Shown here: positions 11,576 through 24,869 of the stretch, piece after piece
How the letters are laid out: each line of letters starts with the position of its first letter
Position numbering within the stretch: the first letter of the stretch is position 1
Source of the DNA: Octopus sinensis
Taxonomy: Eukaryota
Assembly: GCF_006345805.1 (NCBI RefSeq)
Contig: NC_043006.1
Location: 33,232,001 to 33,296,000 of the forward strand
DNA: 64,000 nt
Reading direction: 5' to 3'
Position numbers and translations under genes: made by a program
Notes under the pieces: model-generated
Seen by the model: the letters and a program-made list of their open reading frames with translations, nothing else
What the model was told of the DNA's origin: nothing
Database searches by the model: none

Positions 11576-11726
11576 TTTAACTTGTATGAGGTGATAGATG
11601 CTATCTCTCTCGTTCGGAATAAGCATTAAAAATAGTAAGAAAAACTATATTGTTTGTTTTCTTGCTGCAGATGATTTTGTTCATCGTTCTGGAAACAGGA
11701 GGCGCAGATGAATTGTAAAAGCTCAC

Positions 11727-12030
11727 CATCATAAACAGTAGTGATTTGCTTCCATCTATTGTGTTATGTGATTCTGAAAGAATTTTCATGACTGAATATA
11801 AAGATGGTCTTCCGTTGCCTTTCTGCGAGTAGGTTTTATTGGACTCTCTCTTCTCGGCCAGATACAAACAATTTCGCCTCAAAACACAAACAAACAGAAC
11901 CATTCCTATAAAGTATTTTATCCAAATTCCTAAGATTTTATTTAGTGGCTCAATGAAGGTCACCTTCGACACAGAAATGGAATTCAAAGGAGAATTGTGT
12001 GCATCGAACAATAAACAGTAAAGCGTATTA
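11727..12030 (-). pseudogene. Candidate decayed exon, LamG/concanavalin-like by eye
   Basis: ALLFIVRCTQFSFEFHFCVEGDLH*ATK*NLRNLDKILYRNGSVCLCFEAKLFVSG...TIFIFSHENSFRIT*HNRWKQITTVYD, ending at a phase-1 GATG|GTGAGC donor. An alternative 136-codon open frame (11601-12011) overlaps it. Confidence 0.3.
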
Positions 12031-12974
12031 TACCAGGGAGTAGACTAGTTCTGCATGTCATCATCCTGGAGATGTACTCAAGCTAACGAGGATGCTCCTT
12101 ATGGTTATTAAACCTCCTCGAAATATCAGCCACATTTCCTTTAAATCACACACTGTTCTCATAAAAGGGATGGTCTAGTGGTTTGAGTGTTGCGTTCATG
12201 ATGGCGAGATAGAAGTTTCGATTCCTGTACCAGGCGTTGCGTTATGTTCTTAAGGAAAAACACTTCGTTTTACGTTGCTCTGCGATCATTTCGACATATG
12301 TCGTGTAGCACACCTGTACAGATAATGCCGATTTGATGACGGGAGTGAACCAATGCACAGTACAAATGTTTCTTCGCTATAAACAAATTATCTGTGCAGC
12401 TTGTTCAGCAAGGAATTTCTTAGCTCTAACCTATCGTCTGCCACAGAAGAGTCCACAGCTGTCATAATAAGATGATACACCTGATTAAGTTTGAGAAAAC
12501 AAAGACGCGGCTGTCGCGGCTTGAAAGCCTTTGATCATATATCAGCTTTAGTTCAGTATTGATCAAGAATTGGACAACAATAACAACGATAAAGACTAGA
12601 AGCAGGAAAATAAACCAATTTAACTTGTCTCTGTTTATTTCGTTACAAAACTTTTACGGTGTAAGTTGAGGCAAACGATGTGACTTGATAACATCTATCA
12701 TATATTCCCCTCGTGAAAATTCGGTTGGCATCAGCTTAACACCACTGAGACGGCCATTTAAAGTTGTGATATTTATTGACATTTTATGAAAATATTAATA
12801 GTTATTTATTTGAGAAGTTATATCAATGTGTTATGCAGTTTAGCTTGTTCTCCATGGAAATTATAAATAATGTAAATAAGAAATATATTCGTATAGAATG
12901 AATATATAAATAAATATAAGGCACGCGCAGGAGTTTTCTATTTATAAGTATAGTTTATATGTGAATTTTCCAAA

Positions 12975-13014
12975 TTGTTTATATATACATATATATATGT
13001 AGTGGGGGAGTGTT

Positions 13015-13088
<74 letters not shown>

Positions 13089-13113
13089 CACACACACACA
13101 CACACACACATTT

Positions 13114-13170
<57 letters not shown>

Positions 13171-13459
13171 CATATACATATACATACATAGATATATATA
13201 TATATATGCGTATACATATGTATTCAAACACATAAATATATGTATGTATATATATATATATACATATATATATATTGTATAGTATATTATTCGAGTGTCT
13301 TGGATTAAATGAAATACATTTGGAAAATAAAATAAACATTTTATACATTGAAACATGTATATCAAATAAATGAGAGTATGTGTGCGCGCACACATATATA
13401 TATATATATATATCTGTGCGCATGTGTGTGTATACATATATACATATATTTATATATAT

Positions 13460-13510
<51 letters not shown>
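12975..13510. repeat. (TA)n/(CA)n compound microsatellites
   Basis: Direct inspection. Confidence 0.95.
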
Positions 13511-13849
13511 AATGGTTAAGACAACGTGTTATCTTCGTCACAACAGATGTAATACTTGGTTAAAACTTAACAGACTCTCAACACCTATATTTAATGAATT
13601 TGACAGGTTTTCATCTGAAGAATTCCATTTTGTAAATATATATATTTAATATACATGTCTCTGTGTATAGAATGTATATTTTGTTTTCCAAAGGTATTTT
13701 ATTTCATCCAAAACACTTGGTAATATATTGCATAAGAGGAAATATGTGATGAAGGAAATGGAGAATCCGATTAGAACGTTTTGCGGCTTTGGTTCCGTCA
13801 CTCAGCGGTCTGAGTCGAATTCTCATCTGGGCCAACATTATATTTCTTC

Positions 13850-14560
13850 CTTTTGTGGCTGTGCGGTAAAACGTTTGCCTTTCAACAACGTGGTTCCAGG
13901 TTCAGTCTCATTGCGTGGCACTTTGGGCAAGTGTCTTTTACTATAGCCTCGGTCCGACCAAAGCCGCGTGAGTGGATTTAGGAGGCGGAAACTAAAAGAA
14001 ATCCATCGTCTAAATATATATATAAGTTTATGTATGTGCGTTTGAGTGTGTCTTTGTGTTTGTACCCCAATCACTACTTGACAACCGACATTGGTGTTTT
14101 CCGTCCCCGTAACTTAGCGGTTCAGCCAAAATAGACGATAGAATAAGCGCCAGGCTTTTAAAAAAATAAGTATTGGGTCGATTCGCTCGGCTAAGATTCT
14201 TGAAGGTGGTGCTCCAGCATGGCCGCAATCTAATTACTGAAACAAGTAAAAGATAGGCGTAGCTATGTGGTAAGAAGCTTCCTTCCTAACCACATCCTAC
14301 TATAGCCTCGGGCCGACCAAAGCCTTGTGGATGGATTTGGTAGACGGAAACTGAAAGAAGCCCGTCGTATATAAGTATATGTATATATATGCGTGTGTGT
14401 TTGTGTGTCTGTGTTTGTCCCGCAACATCGCTTGACAACCGATGCTGGTGTGTTTACGTCCCCCGATTTCCTCGACTAAAGGCGGTGCTCCAGCATGGCC
14501 GCAGTCAAATGACTGAAACAAGTAAAAGAGTAAAAAGAGAGTAAATATTTCCTTGGTGTG
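13850..14560 (+). mobile_element. Two adjacent family-2 SINE copies
   Basis: GGCTGTGCGGTAAAAC...GGTTCAGTCTC...CTTTGGGCAAGTGTCTT head, CTTAGCGGTTC body and GGTGCTCCAGCATGGCCGC...GAAACAAGTAAAAG tail, present twice. Confidence 0.85.
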
Positions 14561-14761
14561 CCTTCGGCATGTATAACGTATATTTAAAAACAAAGTGCCA
14601 TTCCTAATGTGGTCAGCTGAAAATAATTCTTCATCATTTGAAATTTCAATAGTAGAATGGAAAATATTTTCATCATTAGTGTTGCGTTAATAAGAATTAT
14701 TCTCAAAAAAGGACGAGGGTGGAGTGGGATGGATGTAGACTGCTGCAATTTCGGATGAAAA
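14548..14761 (-). pseudogene. Candidate decayed cadherin-like exon
   Basis: Acceptors CATTTTAG| (14761) or TTGCAG| (14742). Frame FSSEIAAVYIHPTPPSSFFENNSY*RNTNDENIFHSTIEISNDEELFSADHIRNGTLFLNIRYTCRRHTKEIF has a single TAA at 14687-14689 and runs into a SINE. Confidence 0.4.
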
Positions 14762-15149
14762 CTAAAATGGAGATATGTAACAGTGTGGGTCTGGTCTTTG
14801 GTAGTTAGGGTGGCACTCCTGGTATATTTCGTCCTCCAAGAACCATGCGGCCGTGTGGAATATAGCTTCCTTCTTAACCGCATGGTTCCGGGCTCATTTC
14901 CACTGCGTGGCACCTTGGGTAAATGACTTCTACTATAGCTTCGGGTCGACCAAATGCCTTGTGAGTGGAAGAAAGGACACATTTGATAAATGTCGGGGTT
15001 AAACTAGTTCTAAATTACCGTTACTGCTGCTACTACTAAGAAGTGATTCCTTATATTTTTAAATCAATCTCAGGTAAAAAGGGCATCACCCACTGCTACC
15101 TGGCGTTGAACCGACCACTGAATCCTCAGTCTTTAGCGACGGAGAACCA

Positions 15150-15171
15150 CCATGTATATATATGTGTGTGT

Positions 15172-15210
<39 letters not shown>

Positions 15211-15630
15211 TGTGTGTAAGTGGGGAGCGTGGTGTGTGTGTGGGTATGCGTGTGTGTGTACGCGCGAGTGTGTGTGTACGCGCGCGTGTGTGTGTACGCG
15301 CGAGTGTGTGTGTACGCGCAAGTGTGTGTGTACGCGCGAGTGTGCGCATGTGTATATGTGTGTGTACATGTGTGCATGTATGCGTGTGTACGTGTGCACG
15401 TGTGTATGTGTGTATGTATGCTTGCGTGTGCGTGTGTATATGCGTGTGTGTGTGCTCGTGTGCGTGTGTGTGCTCTTGTGTGTGTGTTCTCGTGTGTATG
15501 TGTGCTCGTGTGTGTGTGTGCGTATGTGTGTGTTGATGTGTATATGTGTGTGCGTGTGTGTGTGTACGTGTGTGCATGTATGCGTGTGTACGTGTGTGCG
15601 TGTGTGTGTGCGTCTGTGTGCGTGTGCGTT
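15150..15630. repeat. (GA)n and (TG)n/(TGTGTGTACGCGCG)n compound repeat
   Basis: Direct inspection. Confidence 0.95.
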
Positions 15631-16087
15631 TATACCAAAGTGTAGTGATGGTGGTTAGCTGAATGGTTAGAGGTCTTCGATTCCCAATCGTAAGGTCACG
15701 AGTTTGGTTCCCGGCGATGTGTTGTGTTCTTGAATAAGGTATTTTATTTCATGTAAGCCCAGTCCACTCTATAAATTGTACCCGTAATTGGAAGGGACCA
15801 GCCTTCTCACACTCTGTTTCACGCTGAATCTCTTCGAGAACTACGTTAAGGGTACGCGTGTCTGAGGAGTATTCAGCCACTTACACGTTAATTTCACGAT
15901 CCGTAGATAGAATCAACTGGAACACTCGTCGTCGTAACCGACGGAGGACCAATTATCAAGGTGAAACAAAAGGAGTTAGTGGATCTGCGTCGGCAGAAAG
16001 TGAGGACAAAAAACTTCGCAAAATGAGGAAATAATTTTAATTTCTCTTCATCAAAGCAAAACAATTTATTCAACTTTGCAAACTTAC

Positions 16088-16945
16088 AGTGTTTATAGGT
16101 GTGTGTGTGTGGGGGGGGTGTCTGTATCAGGATGTGTGTGGGGGGTGTCTGCATCGGGTTGTGTGTGGGGGGTGTCTGTATCGGGATGTGTGTGGGGGGT
16201 GTCTGCATCGGGATGTGTGTGGGGGTGTCTGTATCGGGATGTGTGTGGGGGGTGTCTGTATCGGGATGTGTGTGTGGGGTGTCTGCATCGGGATGTGTGT
16301 GTGGGGTGTCTGCATCGGGATGTGTGTGTGGGGTGTGTCTGTATCGGGATGTGTGTGGGGGGTGTCTGTATCGGGATGTGTGTGGGGGGTGTCTGCATCA
16401 GGATGTGTGTGGGGGGTGTCTGTATCGGGATGTGTGTGGGGGGTGTCTGTATCGGGATGGTGTGGGGGATGTCTGCATCGGGATGTGTGGGGGGTGTCTG
16501 CATCGGGATGTGTGTGGGGGGTGTCTGTATCGGGATGTCTGTGGGGGATGTCTGTATCGGGATGTGTATGTGTGGGGTGTCTGCATCGGGATGTGTGTGG
16601 GGGTGTCTGGATCGGGATGTGTGTGGGGGTGTCTGCATCGGGATGTGTGTGTGTGTGTATCGGAATGTGTGTGTGTGTGTGTGTCTGTATCGGGATGTGT
16701 GTGTGGGGTGTCTGCATCGGGATGTGTGTGGGGGTGTCTGTATCGGGATGTGTGTGGGGGGTGTCTGCATCGGGATGTGTGTGGGGGGTGTCTGTATCGG
16801 GATGTGTGTGTGGGGTGTCTGTATCGGGATGTGAGTGTGTGTGTGTGTATCGGAATGTGTGTGTGTGTGTCTGTATCGGAATGTGTGTGTGTGTATGTGT
16901 GTGTCTGTGTCGGGATGTGTGTGTGTGTGTCTTATCGGGATGTGT
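16088..16945 (+). repeat. G-rich minisatellite, unit about 25-29 bp (GGGGTGTCTG[T/C]ATCGGGATGTGTGT), roughly 30 copies
   Basis: ATCGGGATG recurs throughout; explains the 196-297 aa CVGG/HPDT ORFs. Confidence 0.95.
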
Positions 16946-17852
16946 GTATGTGCTTATCTGTTGTCTGAATCTGTTCAGATAATAACATTGTCTCAGGTGA
17001 GTGTGTGGTGTTGTTGCGAGCCGGAGTGTTTACGTATGTGTGTACGTGTGTGTGTGTGAGTGAGAGAAAGGGGGGAAGAGAGTGAGAGAGAGATGTGGCT
17101 GTAAAGTGCTTAATTATCTTTTGAATGTGTTCAAATAATTATATTGTCTCCTGTGTCTGCAACGAATATGCGTAGATACGCGTATTTGCGGTGTGTGTGT
17201 GTGTGTGCGTTCGCGCGCACGCGTGTGTGTGTGTATGTGTGTATGAGTGTGTGTGTGTGTGTGTGTGTGTGCGTGTCTGAATGTATATGTGGAGGCGGCA
17301 TACGCATACAGAAAAAGCTGCGTATTGTCTATGTGTTTGTCTATGTCTGTCTGTGTATACGTGTACGTTGTTGATTTGCTCTCTAACAGTGTTTAGATAA
17401 TTACATCGAGTATCGTATGCGTTCTATAGTTCTTTGGTTTGGTTTAGGAATACTGGAACAATGCCTCCAATGTTTTATGGATTTTATGTCGTCTCAATGG
17501 ATGGCCGAATATTCTCTTTGTTTTTTAGTGGTGGGGACGAGTTTTTTTCTTCTTGTTTGCTTTTTTGTCTTCAGACATAGAATCTATAGCGAATGGAGTG
17601 ACGAACTGATGGAGACTGCAGCCGTTCCAGATTGCTGAGAGAAATGATTCTAGGTGTCTTTGTTTTTTAAAGTTTCCGTGCCAATCTCAGTCAAATTTGG
17701 TAGATAATTTTCGGGCACAGTTGTATAACAGCAAATTTTTTTTTTAATTCCAAACTGTCTCTGTAGACGTTCCTGGAACGAGAATTTTCTTACGTCCTTT
17801 CTTGCATGGTAGAGTGTGAAACAAAAATTTAGAGAGTCTTTCACACACACAC

Positions 17853-17898
<46 letters not shown>

Positions 17899-18245
17899 AC
17901 ACACTTGCACTCACACAGAGGCAGTAGAATGTAAATTTACGGACAATGTGGATTACAGTGGCCTTCACTAATCAATTTGATTAGAAAAGTTTGACTCCTA
18001 CTTAAAAGTATTCGGCTACAGATTAAATCCCATTTTCATTTGTGTGCGTGTGTGCGACCCTGAAACCACGGTCCACAGATATCGCTCTGTCCTGGGGTGG
18101 GGATGCTACACCCCTCTGTTCGAAAATATAAGGACACATATAGTGTGTCGTATAGCCAACAGGAAACGATGCTTCCCGGGGCTAAACAACAGTAGCATTC
18201 ATCCCAACCGGGACTGGCCATATTATATTAATAAATTGGTAAATA

Positions 18246-18292
<47 letters not shown>

Positions 18293-18297
18293 TGTAC

Positions 18298-18944
18298 ACT
18301 AGCTGAGGTACCCGGTTGATAGCCATGAAACATTTTTCGTCAAATTTCGGCAGTTTTCAAAAAAATTAAAATCTATATTAATGGGTGGACCAATTAGACG
18401 AAAAAATGAGCAGAGTCTGGTAGCGAAACCGTGTCGTCATCATTTTTGTTCATGTGCATAAAATGGCGAAATTTTACTCTTTGGGACAGATTTCATCAAA
18501 TTGAAGTCACGATGGCCAGTGCGCAAAATGCTTGAGAAATAAAATGGTTTTACCTAATCAAAACCTGAAACGCTACGGAATTAAAACAACGAATTGAAAT
18601 AATAAGCTTTAGCAAATCAAAACAATTCGCATTGAAATGAAGAATTAGCAAATGCTAAATAGATTACCGTTAATAAGCTGTCTGTTTATATCCATGAAAC
18701 ATTTTTTGTCAAATTTCGGCATTTTTCGTCAAATTGATGTCACGATGGCTAGTGCGAAAAATGCCGAAATTTTACGATTTTTGAAAAATCGATGCTGATT
18801 AAAAATCGATTTTTTTATTCCAAATGCGTAAGTGGCCGCATGGGCATGAGCCCCACACACCTGTCAAGTTTCCTCTAGGTCTGTTGGATAATCTCGGAAG
18901 AGTTAAAGTAACAAATTCACAAACACACAACCTTGCCGTTCATG

Positions 18945-18987
<43 letters not shown>

Positions 18988-18995
18988 TATATAGT
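18298..18995 (+). mobile_element. Non-autonomous Helitron/Helentron-like (DINE-1-type) element
   Basis: Starts ACACTAGCTGAGGTACCCGG, has internal direct repeats (CCATGAAACATTTTT.GTCAAATTTCGGCA at about 18322 and 18692) and ends CACACAACC...ATTATATAG. Classification is by terminal motifs only. Confidence 0.45.
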
Positions 18996-19463
18996 GTATA
19001 AAGGATCGTGGTTAAGGCCAAAACAATGTGAGGTAAATGCAGGGTAAATCATAAGAAAACAAAAATGTGAGTTAATGTAGACTTACCTTGTATTCAATAT
19101 TTCGGGGTGATGACCCCATTTGGGTCATAACCTACGCACGTTTCAATTTTTCATTTTCATTTATATTATACAATTAAAATTGCATTATGAATTTAAAAGG
19201 TAAAAAACTCTTCAGGTCAAAATAACATATTCATTCGCTTGCTTTCTTCCAAATCTTAGCTTAGGTTTTCTTGGGGCCGGTCAGATTGGAGCAGTCTCGA
19301 GTGCAACTGGCCGAAACTGCAGGGATGATCTGGAACTCGACTGACGATAGAAGGCCCCGAATGATTCGTCCTTGTTTTTTCCTGTCCTTTTTTGTATCGT
19401 CTAACTGTCCGGGTGTTTTGTTACATTCTTGTTCAACTTTTTTGTTTTGTTTTATTTATATAT

Positions 19464-19500
<37 letters not shown>

Positions 19501-19670
19501 CACCAAGTAAGTTAGGGGTTGTGGATCCAACCCACTAAGGAATAATACTTATCCAATATACTGTTGATATAATACCCAATTATTAATACACAAGTGTTTT
19601 TAATTGCAATGCAATAAACTTACTTATTGTATTAAATGGGTTAAGGTAAAGAAATATTTTACCATTAATT

Positions 19671-20274
<604 letters not shown>

Positions 20275-20275
<1 letters not shown>

Positions 20276-20670
20276 ATTAATAGTTATCGCCAAGCTAATG
20301 TGGAAGTCCAGAAATATAGGACGAATGCTGCCATCACCTCTAGCTAGCTATGTGACACACAAACCTGTGTCCATTATAACCTTCGGACAGGGGAGGTCAG
20401 CCTGTTCCCCTTGCTGGTCAGGCAACTACAGACTAGTTTCAGGGTATTTGCCCCTTATCAATGCAGATCAGCCGAACAGAGCAGGCGTCGCTACTAACCG
20501 TCTGTTCGAAGGATTATTTACCTTAATTCAGTGGAATACATCCACTGGTTTTCAAAAGTAGAAATATTAATATTTCTAAGTCTCTCTAAAGGAGACTACG
20601 GCAGCGGTACTGGATATTAGTAGTTATCGCCAAGCTAATGTGGCAGTCCATATACCCTGAAACTAATCTT
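20275..20670 (-). mobile_element. 340-bp unit bounded by 36-bp direct repeats with a degenerate hammerhead (retrozyme/Penelope-like)
   Basis: TATTA.TAGTTATCGCCAAGCTAATGTGG.AGTCCA occurs at about 20275 and 20615 (period 340). Minus strand 20426-20466 reads CTGCA TTGATAA GGGG CAAATA CCCT GAA ACTAGT C TGTAG. Confidence 0.6.
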
Positions 20671-21510
20671 AGAGGACCGTCGCCGAACAATTGACGAACT
20701 TGTTAATATGACTGGTGTGTCCTGGAGCTCCTCTCAATGAATTTTAAGCGAGGAATTGCGAATTGAACGAATTGCAGTAAATTTAGTGCCTCTCTTGCTC
20801 ATGGAAGATTAAAAACAGTCACAACTGAATGTATGTTGTGAACTTTTTTCGAAGGTTATCACTGGTAACGAAAGCTGGTACTACGCCTATGACACGGAAA
20901 CGAAGCAGCAATCAAGTCAGTGGAAGCATTCAATGTCACCACGGCCCCGAAGTCAAGTAAAGTCCAACGTCAAGATGATGCTGATTTGTTTCATCGATGC
21001 GATGAGAATTACCCACACAATATTTGTTCCTCCTGGTCAGACTGTTAACCAGACATTTCACTTGGCAGTTCTGAAGCGTTTGCGAAATAGAAACACCCCG
21101 ACCAGTAGCAAAATGGAGAGTGGTGGTTTCATCGCGACAATGCGCCTGCGCACACTGCCTTGAGTGTGAGACAGTTTTTGACCAAAAATGACATGACCCC
21201 GCTTACCTCACTCCCTCACTCCATATACCCAATCTTGCTTCCTACGACTTTTTTTGTTGTCCGAATGAAAAAGTCCTTAAAGGAAAACAATTTGCTGGTG
21301 TGGAAGAGGTGAAAAAAAGCGACAGAAGCGTTAAAAGGCATCGCTTCGCAAGAGTTCCAGGACTGCTTGGAACAGTGGAAAACTCGTCTGGACCGATGCA
21401 TTGCTCCAAAATGGAGAATACTTTGACGGCGATAAAAATATAAACATGTAAAACTGAGTGAATAAAATAATATTGCAAAATTCCAGTTTTGGGGGTTACC
21501 CCCTTGTACA
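20660..21510 (+). mobile_element. 5'-truncated mariner transposon (decayed transposase and right TIR)
   Basis: EDRRRTIDELV, VITGNESW (first catalytic D region), KQQSSQWK, FVPPGQTVNQ, DNAPAH-like and HSPY-like motifs; ends TTCCAGTTTTGGGGGTTACCCCCTTGTA. Confidence 0.9.
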
Positions 21511-21529
21511 TACATGCGTACTGCATTCC

Positions 21530-22720
21530 TTGTCTGATAACCTAGAATACATGCCCAAAGAAGTCGCATGACTCTACCGTAATGTATTATCAGATGAAAG
21601 GTCGAGCGTATATCAGCAGAAGACCATGCATGGATATGTTAGTAGAAAGCTCAGAGATAATTGTGACATTGATCATTAAAGCAGTCTATTATGGACCAAC
21701 AACCAGATTACTACCTCCCACTTTGAAGGGTACATGTTTGCAATCCAGGAACAGGAAATATCAACCAAATATCTGATGCACAAAAGGGACAAAGATACAA
21801 AAAAAGCAGTAAAATGTGACACCCGATGCAGACTTGGTGGAGTTGACACTGACGATATCACCCACATCATAAGCAGTCGTCCGAAAATGTCATCACGGTA
21901 TTATCTACCGATGCGACATGATATAGCTAGGACCTTCTATAATGACATCCATTGGAAGGATAACCCCGAGAGCATAGAAACGAGAACTCACAGCATGGTA
22001 AAAGCCTTAGCCACTTATAATAAAAAGGAGTACTAATGGGATGTCCTAGTGAAAACCTTAATAAAATATAAACACAACATACCTGATATAATGATTTGGG
22101 ATAGAGAAGAGCAGCTGTGTACAGTTGTGGAAATCAGATGTCTAGCGGATGTTAACATAAAGCTGAAGATCAGCGAAAATGAGAACTACGATGAACTTTT
22201 GAAAAATCTGCTGTTACTCTATCCAGATTACAAGTTCAGGTTTATACATGTAAATATTGGGGCCTTGAGATCTGTAACACACTGCCTAAATACCAATCCT
22301 GAAATAAACTTAGAAAATCCCTTTGTTATGGAATATATTCATAAACACCAACTCAAGGAATACCGGTGGAATACTCCCATCAAAACTTCTGTCAAATGTA
22401 AGCTTAACAGACCGGGTATTGTTGTTTGGGATAGAGGGGCAAAGGTATATATCATCATAGAGGTCAGCTGCCCTGCAGAAATATCTCTTTGAATTTCAAA
22501 GAAAAAGAAGATATCTATGGAAAACTGCTTCGAAATCTCCAGCTTCTATATCCAGACAATGAATTCATATACATACCAATAATAATTGGAGCACTAGGTT
22601 TTGTTAGTAAATTCTTAAAGGAGAATCTGGATAAACTGGGATTTTCAGGAAGAGGAATTGACCAGCTAATTCGTACAGTACAAGTCTAATCTGTGAGTGG
22701 AAGAGTTTTCTCAAGCTCCA
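21530..22720 (+). mobile_element. R4/Dong-like RLE LINE 3' portion with two tandem endonuclease segments
   Basis: KTMHGY, FAIQEQEISTKY, CRL...DDITHIISS, Y...RHD (CCHC region), then PDIMIWD...VVEI.C.AD, and again RPGIVVWD...IIEVSCPA...IPIIIGALG. Confidence 0.85.
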
Positions 22721-23546
22721 AATGTGAATTCGTCTGTGTTAACTACATCCCAAAGATGGAGCTTTGTATCGTTGTTGGATATTGGCTTCCCCCCTCAGTG
22801 GAAGATTTATAATAATTAAAAAATAGAAAAGGCATACATACATACATACATACATACATACATACATACATACATACATACATACATACATACATACATA
22901 CATACATACAAGGGAGAGAAATAGGTTTACTGTATTTAAACTTATGCAGTAGATTTTCAGTGCACAACTACGCAGGTAATCAATATGATTTTTATGTCTT
23001 TTTCAATTAAACAAACATGAATTGATCTCAAACATAGCATATAAAAGTTTATCCTACATATTATGCGTGTGTATGTGTGTATACATATGTGTGTACGCAT
23101 GTATCTGTGTATGCGTGAGTGCGTGTTTCAGTGAGTGCGTGATATTTATGCCACTCCAAGCTGCCTACACAAACTTTTGCCGTCAATGAACCAGTGACTG
23201 GTCCGTTTGACACGTAACTAACGACGCTATTATTCAACAAATGTGTGATTCCATAAATGTATGTGTATCCGTGCATTCTTCTATGTTGTGTATGTGTATG
23301 TGACTGTGTGTATGTGTGCGTGTGTGTGTGTATGTGAATACACCTACCATTGTTTTTGCACATTCAGCCAATTATATTGTTTGTGTACATCTGTATGTGT
23401 GTGTATGTGCGTGTGTGTATGTCTATATATATGAATGCATATATGTAGATATGTTTGTATGTATGTGTGCGTCCGGTTGTGTTTTGACATAAGGAGAAAG
23501 CTGTGTCCGGTTTGTATCCCGGTAATTGCACAGTCGTATGTGTGTG

Positions 23547-23578
<32 letters not shown>

Positions 23579-23788
23579 TGCGTGCGCATGCGCGTACAGA
23601 AATTGTATGTGGTTGTTTACTGTATTTATCTTTCGCCTGGGTGTGTTGAATTAATTACATTGTCTGATATTGCTCCGAGTCACAATTTGAAAAGGTATGA
23701 TTGTCATTAAAATAGGAGGAAGGGGGGATACTACATCTTAATTCGAAAGAAACCAATTTAAAGAAAACTGTCAAGAGACGACAAAGAA

Positions 23789-23789
<1 letters not shown>

Positions 23790-23884
<95 letters not shown>

Positions 23885-23890
23885 AATAAT
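23790..23890. repeat. (AAT)n trinucleotide microsatellite
   Basis: Direct inspection; more (AAT)n at 24110-24197 and 24800-24868. Confidence 0.95.
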
Positions 23891-24131
23891 GGTTTCAAAT
23901 GTTGGCACGACGCCAGCAAGTTCAGGGGGATGGTGTAAGTCGATTAGATTGACCCCAGTGCTTAACTGGTACTGCTTTTATGAACCCAGAGAAAAATGAA
24001 AAGCAAAGTTGACCTCGGTGGAATTTGAAACTCAGAACGTAAAGACGGGCAAAATGTCGCTAAGCATTTCCCCCGGCGTGCTAACGATTCATCCAGCTCG
24101 CCGCCTCGATAATAATGATAATAACAATAAC

Positions 24132-24198
<67 letters not shown>

Positions 24199-24229
24199 GC
24201 ATATTACCAGTCAATGTACGCCACTAGCC

Positions 24230-24802
24230 CAGAAAGAGTATAAGAGACGTCATGACAATAAAGCAAGGACTGTTTATTGGACACTTTGCAACAAGTATGG
24301 AACTGACAGAGCAAAAGAGTGATAAGATCACAAACCCGAAGGCATCATCGAAAATGATAATGCAAAGATCCTGTGGGATTTTGTGATTAAGTGCGACTAT
24401 GAGATGGAGAATTGGAAATCAGATATAGTGTTAATTGAGAAAGAAAGCACATGATGCTGGATCATAGATATAGATAACATGCCCAGCTGACAATAAAGTA
24501 TGCGATAAGGAAGAAAGAAAAGTCGGGAGATATGACAGGTTAGCTTGGGAAGTTAAGTAGTTGTGTTCTCTTTTCGAAAAGCTGGTAGTAGTACCAATAA
24601 TTGTCGGAGCCCTGGAACAGTGAGTAAAAATCTTGAGAAGTACATGAAACAAATAGGGGTTACAATAAGGGTGGCGCACTTGCAGAAAACAGTACTGCTT
24701 GAAACTACTCGAATACTCCAGATGGTGTTCGAAAAATAAGGGGTGTTACCTTAGCTGGCACTGTAGTACATCTCCAGCGTTAGAAGCTGTGCAAAGACAA
24801 TA

Positions 24803-24868
<66 letters not shown>
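24230..24868 (+). mobile_element. R4/Dong-like LINE 3' fragment with (AAT)n tail
   Basis: YKRRHDN, KPEGIIENDNAKILWDF, PDIVLIEK, WIIDI.CPAD, VVVPIIVGALG and LQKTVLL motifs across frameshifts. Confidence 0.85.

Positions 24869-24869
<1 letters not shown>

Noticed and set aside
16076-16982. Long Cys/Gly-rich or His/Pro-rich ORFs (196-297 aa)
   Set aside because: They are open in nearly all frames only because the minisatellite unit lacks stop codons.
19270-19370. Type-II hammerhead (GCCGAAAC...CTGACGA)
   Set aside because: Helix III cannot close with a UH triplet, and helix II needs a 5-nt insertion.
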